Assembly (NCBI GenBank): GCA_977017645.1 | Contig: OZ360220.1 | Location: forward strand, 214,644,001 to 214,708,000 | Origin: Torpedo marmorata | Lineage: Eukaryota | DNA length: 64,000 bases | Direction of reading: 5' to 3' | Part shown: one piece after another, positions 44,590 to 57,690 of the stretch | Layout of the letters: each line of letters begins with the position of its first letter | Position numbering within the stretch: the stretch's first letter is position 1 | Notes under the pieces: model-generated | What the model was told of the DNA's origin: nothing | Databases searched by the model: none | Seen by the model: the letters and a program-made list of their open reading frames with translations, nothing else | Made by a program: the position numbers and the translations under genes

Positions 44590-44960
44590 CAGGAATATTT
44601 ATGAGGTGCTTTTGACAAAGTGAAATATACACAGTTGTTTCAGTGCAGCATTATATAATGTGCGATACAGGGTCACAGAAATATCCAGATAGGCGACTAA
44701 AAGCTTGGTCCAAGTCGTGGGGTTGAAGGAGTTTCTTTGAAGGAAGAGAGAGAGGTGGAAGTATTTTGGGAGAAAGATAAGGAGCTCAGGATAGCACGGC
44801 CGAGAATAGTGGAAGAAATTTGTGGATAGTGAATATGATACAATTAGAGGAGTGAAGTGATCTCAAAGAGTTGTGTGGCTGGAGGTGCTTAAATTGATAG
44901 GGAGACATGACTTCAAGGAGGGATTTAAATTTGAGGATGAACATTTAAAAACTGACAACT
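44590..44960 (-). mobile_element. Old L2-type LINE 3' remnant (similar remnants at ~50540-50830 and ~54090-54420)
   Basis: GACTAAAAGCTTGGTC...TTGAAGGAG..TCTTTGAAGGAAGAGAGAGAGGTGGA pattern, shared among the remnants. Confidence 0.55.
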
Positions 44961-45499
44961 TTGTAATAGGAAGAGAGGCAAGACTTATATGGAATAAACC
45001 TTGTGAGCAAACACTGCGTGGCAGAACCTCAAATTATGTTTAACATAGGTATGGATTTTAAAACAAAATGAGACAAACTGAATTATCAGCACAATAGTGC
45101 TGAGAACCAGCTTGTGATTAGGTTGGGCCCTTGTTTCATAAATTGCCTGCCTTGCATTTCCATGAACTTCACATTGAAATTCTGTCCCAAGATGCGGCAC
45201 AATTACTTGTTCTAGGTCACTTGCTTCTTGTATTTGAATTGATAGGATTGAGATACACAGCTAATCTACACTAGGTATGGCAGATAAGCAAATACTTGCT
45301 TCAGTAAAACTATCCCACATCACTGATTGAAGCTAAATTGAGGGAGTCAGTGAGGGAAGATCAAAGAAACTGATTCCTGTTCCCTTTGTATGGCAATTGG
45401 AGGGAAAGGATTGAGAGTTGTATGATATTGCTCTGATTAATGTAATTGATGACAGTATACATTGAGTAATCCATGTGAATCCCAAGACCATATTCACTT

Positions 45500-45735
45500 G
45501 AAATGGAGTAAGAATATCAGGAAAGGGACTGAGCATGTGTCCCTTTGGCAATATGTGGAAGCCATGGGCATACAGTGGATGCATTCGTGCAGCTCACCTA
45601 AACATCCTTACCTGTCCCATCAAGCACAACATGCCATGACAAATCCTGCATGGGACCTCACAGCCCCTTAGAATCCACAGAACTTAGAGAGGAAGCAAGT
45701 CACTGCAGCAGCAAAAGAATAATAATAATAAGAAG
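45500..45735 (+). mobile_element. RTE-like LINE 3' end with (TAA)n/(AAG)n tail
   Basis: GGGACCTCACAGCCCCTTAGAATCCACAG...GGAAGCAAGTCA...AAGAATAATAATAATAAGAAGAAG resembles RTE termini. Confidence 0.5.
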
Positions 45736-46054
45736 AAGAAGCGGAAGAAGTGGAAGAAGAGGAGGAAGGGGAAGAGGAAGAGGAGGAAGGGGAAGAGGAA
45801 GAAGTAGCGGAAGAAGTGGAAGAAGAGGAGGAAGGGGAAGAGGAAGAGGAGGAAGGGGAAGAAGAAGAGGAGGAAGGGGAAGAGGAAGAGGAGGAAGAGG
45901 AAGAGGAAGAAGTAGCGGAAGAAGTGGAAGAAGAGGAGGAAGGGGAAGAGGAAGAAGTAGCGGAAGAAGAGGAGGAAGGGGAAGAGGAAGAGGAGGAAGG
46001 GGAAGAAGAAGAAGAAGATGTGGAAGAGGAAGAAGAAGATGTGGAAGAGGAAGA

Positions 46055-46259
46055 NNNNNNNNNNNNNNNNNNNNNNNNNNNNNNNNNNNNNNNNNNNNNN
46101 NNNNNNNNNNNNNNNNNNNNNNNNNNNNNNNNNNNNNNNNNNNNNNNNNNNNNNNNNNNNNNNNNNNNNNNNNNNNNNNNNNNNNNNNNNNNNNNNNNNN
46201 NNNNNNNNNNNNNNNNNNNNNNNNNNNNNNNNNNNNNNNNNNNNNNNNNNNNNNNNNNN
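46055..46259. other. Assembly gap (205 N)
   Basis: Run of N. Confidence 1.
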
Positions 46260-47005
46260 TGGTCAATGGTACAACACTGAGAAGTGCGGTAGAACAGAGG
46301 GATCTGGGAATACAGATACATAATTCCCTGAAGGTGGTGTCACAGGTAGACAGGGTTGTAAAGAGAGCTTTTGGCATATTTGCCTTCATAAATCAAAGTT
46401 TTGAGTATAGGAGTTGGGATGCTATGGTAAAGTTGTATAAGACATGGGGAGGCCAAATTTGGAGTATTGTGTGCAGTTTTGGTCACCTAACTACAGGAAA
46501 GATATCAATAAGATAGAAAGAGTGCAGAGAAGATTTACTAGGATGTTGCCCGGACTTCAGGAACTGAGTTACAGGGAAAGGTTAAACAGTTTACAACTTT
46601 TTCCCTGGAGTGTAGAAGAATGAGGGGAGATTTGATAGAGATATTTAAAATTATGATGGGTATAGAGAGTAAATGTAGAAAGGCTTTTTTTTTCACTGAG
46701 GGTAGGTGAGATAAAAACCAGAGGACATAGGTTAAGGGTGAAAGGGGAAAGGTTTAGGGGGAACATTAGGGGGAACCGCTTCACACAGAGAGTGGTGGGA
46801 GTGTGGAATGAGCTGTCAGCTGAAGTGGTGAATGCGGGCTCAATTTTAACATTTAAGAAGAATTTGGACAGATACATGGATGGGAGAGGTATGGAGGTCT
46901 ATGGACTGGGTGCAGGTCAGTGGGACTAGTCATAAACATGGTTCGGCACAGACTAGAGGGGGCGAAGGGCCTGTTTCTGTGCTGCAATGTTCTATGGTTC
47001 TATGG
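46260..47005 (+). mobile_element. Young HER1/CR1 3' region
   Basis: EQRDLGIQIHNSLKVVSQVDRVVKRAFG...; FTQRVVGVWNEL; tail TGTTCTATGGTTCTATGGTT; closely matches the reverse complement of 36177-36722. Confidence 0.92.
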
Positions 47006-47269
47006 TTGGAAGAATAAGATGTGGAAGAAAAAGATGAAGATGTGGAAGAAGTGGAGGAGGAAGAAGAAGAGGAAGGCATGGAAGAAGAAAAAGAGGAAGA
47101 CGTGGAAGAAGAGGAGGAGGAAGAAGAAGAGGAAGATGTGGAAGAAGAGGAGGAAGACGTGGAAGAAGATGTGGAAGAAGGATTGTTTTCCCAATTGTCT
47201 TAAAAAATGTCTGTGGTTGGCAATAAGGAGGAAATCCTTAGACTGCAGAAAGACAGATGGTCTGGGCTG

Positions 47270-47900
47270 AAAAATGACAATGATACAGGGAGCATGGAGT
47301 CCACAGATCCTTAAGGGTAGCAGGACAGATCAATAAGGTGATTAAAAAAGCATATGGGATGGTTTCTTTTATGAACCATGGCACACAATATAAGAGTAGG
47401 GAATATTATGTTGTTATAGTATACATTGTTAATCAGGCCACATCATGGGGACTGCATTCAGTTCTTGACGCCACATCATCGGAAAGATTGAGATTTATGA
47501 GAATATTTTCAGGATTGGAAAATTGTAGGTGCTAATGCAGATCATTAGAATTATTTCTATGGAACAGAGGGGGCTGATGGTAGACTTAATTGAGGTGTAT
47601 AAGGAGGCCAAATGAAATAAATAAGGGCCCATTTTGGTAGCAGAGGGGATGTAAAGCAAGGGGGCATAGATTTAAAGTAACTGCCTGAGGATTAGAGGGA
47701 GATTAAGAAAAATATCTTCAGCCAGAGGGCAGCTGCTTGAAAGGGAAACATAGGCCATATCACCATATTAATAAAGTTCCTGGATATGTAATTGAAGAGC
47801 AATAACCTACAATGATATAGAGCAAGTACCGGAAGGTGGGATTTACCTGTTATAAGTCAGTATGGAGCAATGGGCTTAAAGGGCTCCTTCAGTGATGTAA
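47270..47900 (+). mobile_element. Old CR1/HER1 fragment
   Basis: KVIKKAYGMVSF...YKSRE; AGAGGGGGCTGATGGTAGACTTAATTGAGGTGTATAA. Confidence 0.7.
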
Positions 47901-48129
47901 ATTTATAGGGTAATATGGCATGTGCCCTCTGGTTACTGGCCCTCTTGCCACCGGAACATCCTCCTTATATAATCCATCAAATTCACTCATGATTTTGATC
48001 TTATAGCTAGCCAATTTGTGCAGAGCAAGCTTCCATAACCATCACTGTCATCAGAGAATACTGGAGAACACACTGGCGAGAATTCCCTATTGTGTATCTT
48101 TGAATCCACCTGAGAAAGGAAAATAGGTT

Positions 48130-48675
48130 CACCCCTCCTGCTCACCTCTGTACACTGGCTACTTCCCCGCTACACTCTCAGACCTGATGCAGGATCTTGA
48201 TCCAAAATGTCAACTATTTATTTTCCCCCACAGATGCTGCTTGACCAGCGGAGCTCATCCAGCAGTTTGTATTTTTTTTATCTAGGTTTCAGCATTTGCA
48301 GTCTCTTGTTTCTCCATTGTTACTGCTCCACTTTAAAGTGTGCCCACTTTGAAGAAGTTTTCCTCCTCCCTTTGGCAGTTCTCTGAGACATTCTTTCACT
48401 GCTCCTGCTCTGTGGTTACTGCTCTTTGACCACATTCTTACTCAGACTTGCTTCCCCTGGATCCACCTATCACTTGCCAGGTTCTGCCTCCCTCTCCCCT
48501 ATTGCCTCTTTATACTGGCCATCTTATATTTACACTCTCAGTCCTGATGCAGGGTGTCAACCTGTAATGTTGACAATCCCTTTCCCTTCAGAGATGTTGC
48601 CTGACCTGCTGGGTTCCTCTAGTGTCAGTTTATTTTTGGCTTCAGATTCCAGCATTTTCAGTCTTTTATGTCTCT
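48130..48675 (+). mobile_element. Two tandem Penelope terminal segments with decayed hammerhead motifs
   Basis: CTGATGCAGGATCTTGATCCAAAATGTCAAC...CAGATGCTGCTTGACC at ~48184 and CTGATGCAGGGTGTCAACCTGTAATGTTGAC...GATGTTGCCTGACCTGCTG at ~48544. Confidence 0.75.
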
Positions 48676-51600
48676 TCTTTTTTTTTGGAATTTTGTATCC
48701 TTTTAAAACTAGTGTTGCCCAGTTACGTAACTGTGCAGGACATTGCAGTACCATCCCCAGCATTTGCATAGATTTGTTTCATATGTTAATGAACAGGATT
48801 TGATCCCTGGCATCAAGTACTACCTTGGCAGATTTGAATTAATGTATAGATTTGTGCATGTATAAGGTGTAGGAATAAAGGGCCCAGACAGTTGAGACCA
48901 TTCACATCTTCTAGGCTTGGAGATGACTTTTCACCTCTCATTCAGAAGATAAAGGAGTTTGAATGAAGGATAGACTGCTGTGTTGGGTTGAAGATAGTAT
49001 AATGTAGCAGGGTGTTCATTATGTTGTTGATTGAATTGGCATTTGCGACATTTCTGTTATCAATCACTTTAATCAGACTGAAACCCAGTGACCAAGAACA
49101 ATAGAGAGTGATGGGTGTGTGTCTGGGAAGGGTTAGATTGTTGCAGAGTAAGATGATATAACATCATGGGTCGAACGGCCTGTTCCATGCTGTAATGTTC
49201 CATGTTATAACCCACACCCTCTCTCCCCTCTGACTAGTTAACTTGCATGGGAACATGTGTGCCAAAAACTGCTGCACTTACATTAAAGTGGTGTCCTTCT
49301 GGAGAAGTATGAGGGAACACCATGTACAGATCTCCTCACTTGGGTCACGCAGCAGAAAGGATGTGATCTCCTTAAAGCATGAAACGTATTCGACAATAAA
49401 CTTCACTTCTTCAGAATGCTCAAGTGCTACTCCCAAGGGAATTGTGTGTTTGAGTTAATGTATCATCTGACCACTGTGGGAATTGTCAACGGAGAAGTGC
49501 AGAATCATATTTGCTTTTATATTGGTCCTGGAAGCTGGATGATAAAGGTGAAATATGTAAAATGGTTTTCACAATATTAAATACACCTAAGAAGTGATTG
49601 CTGCCTTTTTCATGAAAATAGTGGAATGTTTATGATGGCTTGTGTATGGTTTTGATAAGAGTGTTGCCACGAATGTGGAAGTTTACCTCAATTTATAATG
49701 TTGGTTTGTGCTCTGGAAGATAACTTGAGTCCATGTTTAGTACTGTCACATTAATGTATGTGTTTCAGCTGGCAGTGCAGAGCGAGTTCACGAGTGGAAT
49801 CTTACACTCCAGGGCTGTTTGAGACTCCACTGGCAATACTCATCCTTTTTATTCTCACTGTTCCTTTGATCGCAGTTTCACTGAAAAGACAGGTGATGTG
49901 TGCAACTATGACTCCATGTCACACGTGTAGCATTCAAGACCATTGATCAAAATTCCACCATGGCAACTGGGATACTTAAAGTAATTACATAAAAATCTGG
50001 AATAGAAATAGCTGGTATCAATTAGGGTTACCAGTAACACTTGTAAAACAAAAGTCTAGTTCATTAATTTTTCTGTTTAATTTTTCTCATTAATTGCCAT
50101 CCTTACCTGCCTTTTATGTCACGTCAAACCCATAAGATTATACTGACTCTTAATTGACCTCTGAACTGCTTTAAGGCACTCAGCTGTGAACAGAGCTCCC
50201 ACCTCAAACGCAGTTCGAAATGGACAATAAATATCGGCTTTGTCAGCAATGCTCGCATTCCATGAACGAATAAAAATAATTCTATGCCATAGTGCTGTAT
50301 AATGTTGTTCCTTGAAGCAACTGCTGTATTTTCAAGCACTAGAGTAGAGATCAAGTCATAATCACTTATTTATACAACATAGAGTATTTTATTGTGAATA
50401 TAAGGAAGAAAAGTGCATGCTAAAATTAATCCACTTCTGATAATTTCCATTTTTGATCCATTAATGAACCATTAATGAACCACTTAGTTGATTTTGTTCT
50501 TCCATCCATCGAATATTCCAGGGCTTTACTGGGTAATTACTTTGAGGCTGTTGACCTCCCTTTCTCTGACATGTTTTGTGTTTTATCATCTTTGGAAAGG
50601 GTGAGGTTTATCAAGGGAGTTCCAAAGCTCAGCTCAGTTGCATCTGAGGCACGGCTATCAGTGGAGGAATGAGAAAGAAATTGTGACCAGAACTTGAAGA
50701 GTGTAGTATTTTGGAGGGACTGTGGAGGTTGCAGAGAAAGTGAGGGCTAAAGATGTGGAGAGATGTGTAAACAAGGACACAATTTAAAACTTGAGGTGTA
50801 AGGAAACCCGTACATAACAGTGATAGTATATGGTGAACAGACCTTGAACACCTGTGACCTTTCTCATTGTGACTCCATTATACATTGGGCAGTGGGCTTC
50901 AGAGGCATTATCTGAGGGGAAAGTTCAGCAAAATTAAATTCTGGTATAATGAAATGAAAGGTGACAAAAAGACACATTTCTCTTGAACCTTTAATTGCTA
51001 GAGCTACATCTCCATCTCATCTGCCAATGCCAAGTCTTAAACATTTATTCTTGCTTTCAGATCCCTCGTTGACCTTGGCCATGGCCTGTTTATGTTTGTG
51101 ACTTGTCTGTCCCTGTACCCCTTTGGATCTCTTTCCTCTGGCTTCTTCATTGTCCTTGAGTTTAATCATCTTACTATCAGTTGCCTTGCCTCCAGTTTTT
51201 TATGTTATAACCTCTCAAACTATCCACAAAACCTTAACTTCTGGAATTATCTTCCAAAACTCCATCCTCTAGAATTAAAATGACGTGTCCCACCTCTCCT
51301 TCACATTTTCCTTCTCCTTGTAAAATTTGTCTTAGAATCTCCTTATGTGATTCAATGAAATTTAGTCCATTAGCACTCCTGTGAATCACCTCGGGACATT
51401 TTACAACATTTAAGCATGTTACCCGCTGTTGCAATTCGATGAACTGAATTCTACCCTAAATCTACAATTTCTGACTGGCCCTCAGAATTTACTATCCTGT
51501 ATTTTGGGGCACCTCTTAGTTCAATGTGTTAACAATTCAAACAAACTGCCTGTGGAGGTATTTCAGATGGACTTGTGACCCAAAGAATTATACAGGCAAT

Positions 51601-51811
51601 TAAATGATTTCCAAAGGTATTCATTATCAAAATATAGAAAACTCAAAAGCTGCTTTGACCAAAGGAAGCTCTGACTGCATTGTACAGATTGGGCTTTCTG
51701 AGACTTTGCATTCAATTACTATATTCTGCTATAAATTCAGACGAATCCTCAATAATACATAGACAATAAACTGATCACGCAACAAAATAGTGTCACAAGT
51801 ATCGTTTACAT

Positions 51812-52036
51812 CAGCCATTCTCAACCTTTTTTTTGGCTATGGCCCCCTTAGGACTCTGCTCAAAGTTATAGGCACACTTCCCTGTGAAGCAGTCAAGTTT
51901 AGTTGGTTTCTTCCATACTTCTTTCCTACCGACTACATAAAAATCATAACAAATATTTTATGATTTCAGTCTGTGCCCCCCCTTAAATGTGCTGTGGCCG
52001 TAAGGGGCGCTGTTTTGGCTCCGTTGAGAATGGCTG
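51812..52036. mobile_element. hAT/Charlie-type MITE, 225 bp
   Basis: Perfect 14-bp TIR CAGCCATTCTCAAC / GTTGAGAATGGCTG; 8-bp TSD GTTTACAT (51804-51811) / GTTTATAT (52037-52044). Confidence 0.9.
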
Positions 52037-53670
52037 GTTTATATACTTTAAAAAATATTAGACCAGGACTCCATTTAATATCTCATTAGAACATGGCTCC
52101 TCCAACCTTCAATACTGCACCTGTGACACAATGGCCCTCTCTTAGCATTGTCCCTTCAACATTGGAATGTCTCCTCAGTACAGTCTCTTCAACAGTGGCA
52201 GTGCTTCATTAACACTTTGCATCTGACAGCGTTCTCTCAGATCCTTGCTTCAGATTGGTCATGGTGTAACTCTGCAAAATGATTAGCTTTATTTCCATGG
52301 GGCCTACTGCACATTGGGAGTACAGGAATGCAAGAGCTCCCTCTTAAAATAGTTAACTCCTCAGCCTCCTGAGCACCCTACTCTTCATGATGACATCCCC
52401 TATCCCAGCCTACACCTCGCTGACTGTTTCAAGGTCCGGCCAATTGGCCACCATCCGGTGGGTTGCACCAGGTGCCTGTTTGGTTCCTTTTTATATGTCA
52501 GTTGGTGTAAATTGCTGACCAGTACCAAAAAGGCCAACTGTGACTCACCGTTGGCAAAAACCAACCTCCTGCACAAATGCTGATTTTTCTTGCTCACTGG
52601 ATTGACTTATGAAGATGAAGAATATTTCTCCCTTCTGGTCAGATTTATATCAAAAGCCAGGGACTTTCCACCTCCTTTGGCCCCCACTCACTGCAAGGAA
52701 TTAAATAATAATAATTGGCTTTTGCCAGATGAACATCATGTTACGGATGGGAGCAGCACAACTTAGATTTAGAACAAAGTAGTAGACACATACTTCCCTT
52801 CTGTGACTGCGTGCATTGATGTTGGAACAATGCTCAGTTGTAGCTATTCCAGAAATTAAGGAACCAACCATAGTGCATTCCATGGAAGCAGAATATGTGG
52901 ACATAATGCAGGTTTTAAAACTGGTCGTGAATAAGCATATTGGAAAGTGAATCATGCTGTTGCAACAGTGAGGTGGGAGCAAACAGTGCACATGGTTAAG
53001 CTACAGAATCAAAATCATTCATTGTGCACACACACAAAAGAGTTCACATTTCACATTTGGTTGCATGTGCAGAGAGTCTAATTATTCTCCAGCACCATAG
53101 TAGTCCAAATAAATATTATTTTTGATGGGGAAATCTTCAAATGTTGCCTGGCTTCACAATAATGCGTTTGAGAAACTGAGACCGACTTGAAGCAGCAGTC
53201 TTCCTCTGAGTCTGTTCAATGATTGGGATTCCTGGCTTCACTTCTAACTGGTCTGTCCTTTGAGAAGGTTAAAACACTTGGTCTGATCATCAGCAGTTGA
53301 AGCCAGGGTCAGTGGGGCGAGAATGACCTTAATAAGGCAAGCCTAAAACTTGGAAAATCAAGCATCCCACTCTGTCTGGTTTGAATGGAACCTTTCTGGC
53401 CTGTTGTAGCAGTTTAGTACAAATTGCAGTCCTTTATCATAACTTTAAAGGAAGTCCTCCCATCTGGCTATCAAACATCAAGCGCTTAAATCAATAGCCT
53501 TAAAAAAGAAGCCTTTGCTTAGTTCCCTGTGAATGGCCTTGAGACTTTCTCTGTGTATTTGTGCAGCTCTAAGAATGGGAGATGCTTGCTCACTTCAGAC
53601 TGTGGATGTTCAGAGTTCCCATTCGTTTCATGAGCTCAGGACCTCTTAATGGGTCTAGTTACCCTCACTT

Positions 53671-53911
53671 CCAATAGCCTGAATACGACTGGAATTGTCT
53701 GATATCGGAAGCTAAGCAGGCACAGGACTGGTCAGTACTTGGAGGGGAGACTGCCTAGGAACATCAGGTGCTGTAGGTTTCTGTGAGAGGCGCTGGACAA
53801 AGTAGTGACTCTCTGTCTGCCTTACGGTAGACAAAAATGAAAGAATTTCATGTATGTTACATTCTAAATGTAGTATTACGTGACAATAATGGAACCTTTA
53901 CCTTTACCTTT
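53671..53911 (+). mobile_element. 5S rRNA-derived SINE (SINE3 class), copy 2
   Basis: Collinear over its full length with 41712-41946; tail (ACCTTT)3. Confidence 0.92.
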
Positions 53912-56180
53912 CCTGACCTGTGAAGGAAGGAACCAAAAGAAGCATGTTTACTTGGAATTGGACAATGTGTTTTGAATCTTAATCAACATCTAGTGTTTTC
54001 AGATTCCATTTTAAACACTCCTCTTCTCCTCCCAAAGAAATGGTCTTGCCTCTTGTGCACATTCCTTCACAACTGCCACTGATGAGAGGATAACACAGTT
54101 TACATTTAGATAGCACCATTATCATTGCAAAACATCTCAAAGTTCCTTGTGACAATGGCAAATGAACTCCGATACCTCGTCACAAAAGGAGATATCAGGA
54201 CCGATGATTGAGAGCTCAATCAACCAGTGCCCTTGAGGAGAGAGGCAGAGGATTAGAGAGGAATAACAGTCCAGGGCCACAGCGCATGAAGCATGGCAAT
54301 CAAAATTTAGTTGAGAGAACATCATTGGAGGAATGCAAAGATGTCTTAAGGCTGACAAAGATTATCAAAAAAGGGGAGAAGCCATTGAGACTTTTGCAAT
54401 GGATGAGAACATTAAAATGAGTGGTTAATTGGTGCAAGTTTGGCACAAAGAGGAGAGTGTTGATTGACCTTGGTGTTTATGGAGAGAACAAGGGAGGACA
54501 ACCATTAGTGTGACCTGGGCCATCACATCTTTCTTTCGGTGAGCAAGTACCAAAAGCCATGTTTCATTGATTGATGCCTAGGGTCACGAGCCATCTCAAT
54601 ATTTCAACCTTGAATCAAGGAAGATTGAGTAATGAATGATTATAACAATAATTATTGGATCTAGCACTTTAAAGTGGAATTGTCAAAGGAATAAAGAGAT
54701 TTCATTTGTTGGTGTATTTCGTGGCCTTAGGACCACGAGAGACACTGATGACACATGGTTTAAGATGATTTGTAGTCAATGAAAAGCCTTGGAATATGAT
54801 CTTCAGAGTGAAATCACTTTGGAAGTGCGATGAGGTCATCTGAAGCATCCACATCCTGTGAAAAATGACATGACCATCATGAAAAAATAGTGGTACTGTG
54901 GAGATTCTTGAACACAAGTCTGTGAATGATAAAAATGTAAGCAACAGGAACAGGAGCAGCAGTGGGCCATGAGGCTCGTCAAGCCTGCTCTATCATTGAA
55001 TAAAATGTCAACTCTTTGCTGATGTGAGTAAAATTGGAAAGTAGAGATTCCTCCTCATTTTACATTTGTACTGAATTGCTATATTTACTGTACAAGGGGA
55101 AACACACATAAGGATTTCATACCGTCATAGAGCATGGAATCAGCCCACTGTGTCCATGCTAATCATCAAACATCCTCTACATAATTCCACATAATTCCAT
55201 TTTAATTCCTCTCACATCCATATCAACTTCCCCTGAGTTCTCCCCTGCTCACCCTGTTCTACCAGTTCTCTCTCACCCATACATTGAGGGCAATTAAACC
55301 AACTGATCAGTCCATGGTTGGTAACTGGAGCAATCCGAAGGTCAGGATTGAACAGTATTGAAGCTGTGAGTTAAGTTTTCTGAGAATCAAACAATTTGAT
55401 TGACAGTTTTGGAGGAGCTGAAGTTTACAAAAGTTGGCCAATGGATGCCTGGGCTGTAGACAGGGATCAAATTCTTGGAATTCCCTAGCTAACAGAACAG
55501 TGGGAGTGCCATAACCACACAGAATTCATCAATTCAAGAGGTACCTCAGCGCTACCTTCTCAAGAGCATTTTGGGATGGACAATGAAACAATGGCGGCGC
55601 TATTGACAGCACATCTTTAAATCAATTTCAAAAATTGTTGTTTGTCCATTCTCCTCTAAGGTACATGTTAATTCTGTGATGTCTGTCTTGAATTCTGTTA
55701 GGTGTTAGTGGCAACACCTTGCCCCAGGAATGTACTAATGGACTCCAGGGGAAGGAGCAGCACTGACTAACTGCATGAAACCCAGACTTAATGGGCCACA
55801 CAGCGTAAACACATTCCGGGAGATGTTTCAAATCAACTTGGAGAATATCACACCCCTGACTGATTCTTGAGCTGCTCAGGGTACTGCGAAGAGACTGCAG
55901 CAAGCGTGTCCAGCACATGTGGAAGGTATCTGCAAACCAACCCCCGCCCCCACACCCTATTCTTGACAGCTTTGTCTGCGCAGTCTGTCCATGCCAAGGA
56001 ATGCTTCATTAGGAAAATGGAACTTTTCACTTGAAGGCTTTTTGTGGAAGAAATCTCTCCAGTTTATGGAACTTAAGGAAGGGGTCTGTAATATATTTTT
56101 GATGGCTGTGTCATGAAGGGAAACGAAGACGGCACTATTTAAAAGAAACCTTTGACTTTCTTTCGTAATATGGATGAAAA

Positions 56181-56312
56181 ATGCAGTTTTTTGGCTTTGG
56201 AAGTGCAAGTGCTCCCCAGACTTTGTCAAAACAAGGTGGCCATATGTGTGCAGCAGGCGAGGGACAAGTGACCAGACAACCCAGAGACAAAAGAGCCCCT
56301 GAGAATCTAGCA
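56181..56312 (+). CDS. Candidate first coding exon (MQFFGFGSAS...RAPENLA), gene unknown
   Basis: ATG at 56181, 44 open codons, donor GCA|GTAAGT; lies in ~1 kb with no recognisable repeat, with a GC box CCCCCGCCCC at ~55941. Confidence 0.3.
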
Positions 56313-57254
56313 GTAAGTTTATCTGCTGTGGTTTGTAGTACAGCTGGTTTCAAATGTGTCAGCCTTGTTCTGCCGAGTTTGCCACAGTTCCCCTGCCAGA
56401 ATGCGAATGTTACAGCTGGTAATACTTACTGTATCTGCTGTAAAGTATGTGATTCATTAGCTCGAACCTTCTGGGTTTTCAGCCAAGTTGGTCGTGTTTT
56501 TGTAAGGATGTGGTAAAATCAGGGTAGGGGGTGGATCATGTCCGGAAATCTGTAACTGCTTAATTGTGGACCACAATCAGTTTTTCAATTTAAAAAAAAA
56601 GAATGTTATATAAATATAAGTTACTTTTTCTTGGATGGAATGCAATCTTTGAGTTCATTGTATTTATCTCGTAATGTGTCTTCAGGGTGAAACTGCTGTT
56701 TCTTTGCCCAAATCACGAGAATGCGGGACATGCTGTCACGGGAAATGGTGGAAGTGAGGAGCAGAAATGTATTGAAGGGGAAGCTGGAGAATCATGTGAA
56801 GGAGTGAGGAACCGAAGAGGCGAGATCAAGAGGGCTGGGTGGAGCTCATGTGGAGCAGAAACATCAGAATGGGACTTTGGGGCTGATTGGCCTGCTTCTG
56901 TGTTGTGAAATTCTGTGCAAAAACCAAGGTTGGATTTATTTTATTGTTTTTGATCACATAGCTTAATCATCAACTGACGACTCGTGAAGGCCAACCAGAC
57001 TTACAGACTGCAGTTTAAGAGTGAGTTGGACCACTCCAGTCCAACTGTTCCCAAGAGAATGTGGTATTGGTGTCTCTGGATCAATGGGCAGGAAGCGGTG
57101 TTACAGTGGAGTGAGCAACTCTGTGACACAGCAGATAACTGCACACAACTGCGGGCTGAATGGTCTTCTTGATTCCTTCTGAGGACATGAATATTAATCA
57201 TCTGTTAACTCCAGTGTAAGCAGAAGCAGCAATACCATGGCATTAGATGTGGCA

Positions 57255-57690
57255 CTGCTGGTGCCACATGATTCTGAGTCAGAAGCTTGTGGGTTCAAGC
57301 TCCACTTCAGAGACTTGAGCACAAAAATCTAGGATGTGACCCCAATACAGTACTAAGGGAATGTTGACGTGTCAGAGAGAGCATCTTTCAGATGAGACAT
57401 CAAACAGGTCATCTTTCACAGGTGGATGTAAAATTTTGTAGTGTTATCCTGAAGAAGTACAGGAAAGTTCTTCCTGTTCACCCAGCCAGCATTTATCCTT
57501 CAGTCAACATCCCCTAACTATTCTCTTGTCATTGTCATATTCTTGTTTCTGGAAACTTGGTGCGCACAAATTGATTCCCATGTTGTGCCAGATTAGAACT
57601 GTGACTTCACTTAAAAGATGCTTCATTAGCTGTAAAGCACGAGGATGATCAGAAGTCATTAAAGGAACTGTTGAAATGCCTTTTAATACA
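57255..57690 (+). mobile_element. Near full-length SacSINE1-like DeuSINE
   Basis: CTGAGTCAGAAG.TTGTGGGTTCAAG.TCCACT.CAGAGACTTGAGCACAAAA; CAGTACTAAGGGA; TCTTTCAGATGAGAC; CAGGTGGATGTAAAA; ATTTATCC.TCAGTCAACATC; CTTCATTAGCTGTAAAGC. Minus-strand remnants also at ~36740-37090, ~40890-41100 and ~52070-52250. Confidence 0.8.

Larger units (their letters stand above)
45730..47182. repeat. GAA/GAG triplet minisatellite (45730-46054 and ~47005-47182), split by a gap and a HER1 insertion
   Basis: Purine triplet repeat with higher-order units such as GAAGAAGAGGAGGAAGGGGAAGAG and GAAGATGTGGAAGAA on both sides of the insertion. Confidence 0.93.

Noticed and set aside
45650-47270. Poly-Glu, Arg-Gly or poly-Ser proteins
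   Set aside because: These are translations of a simple purine repeat spanning a gap and a LINE insertion, with no splice signals.
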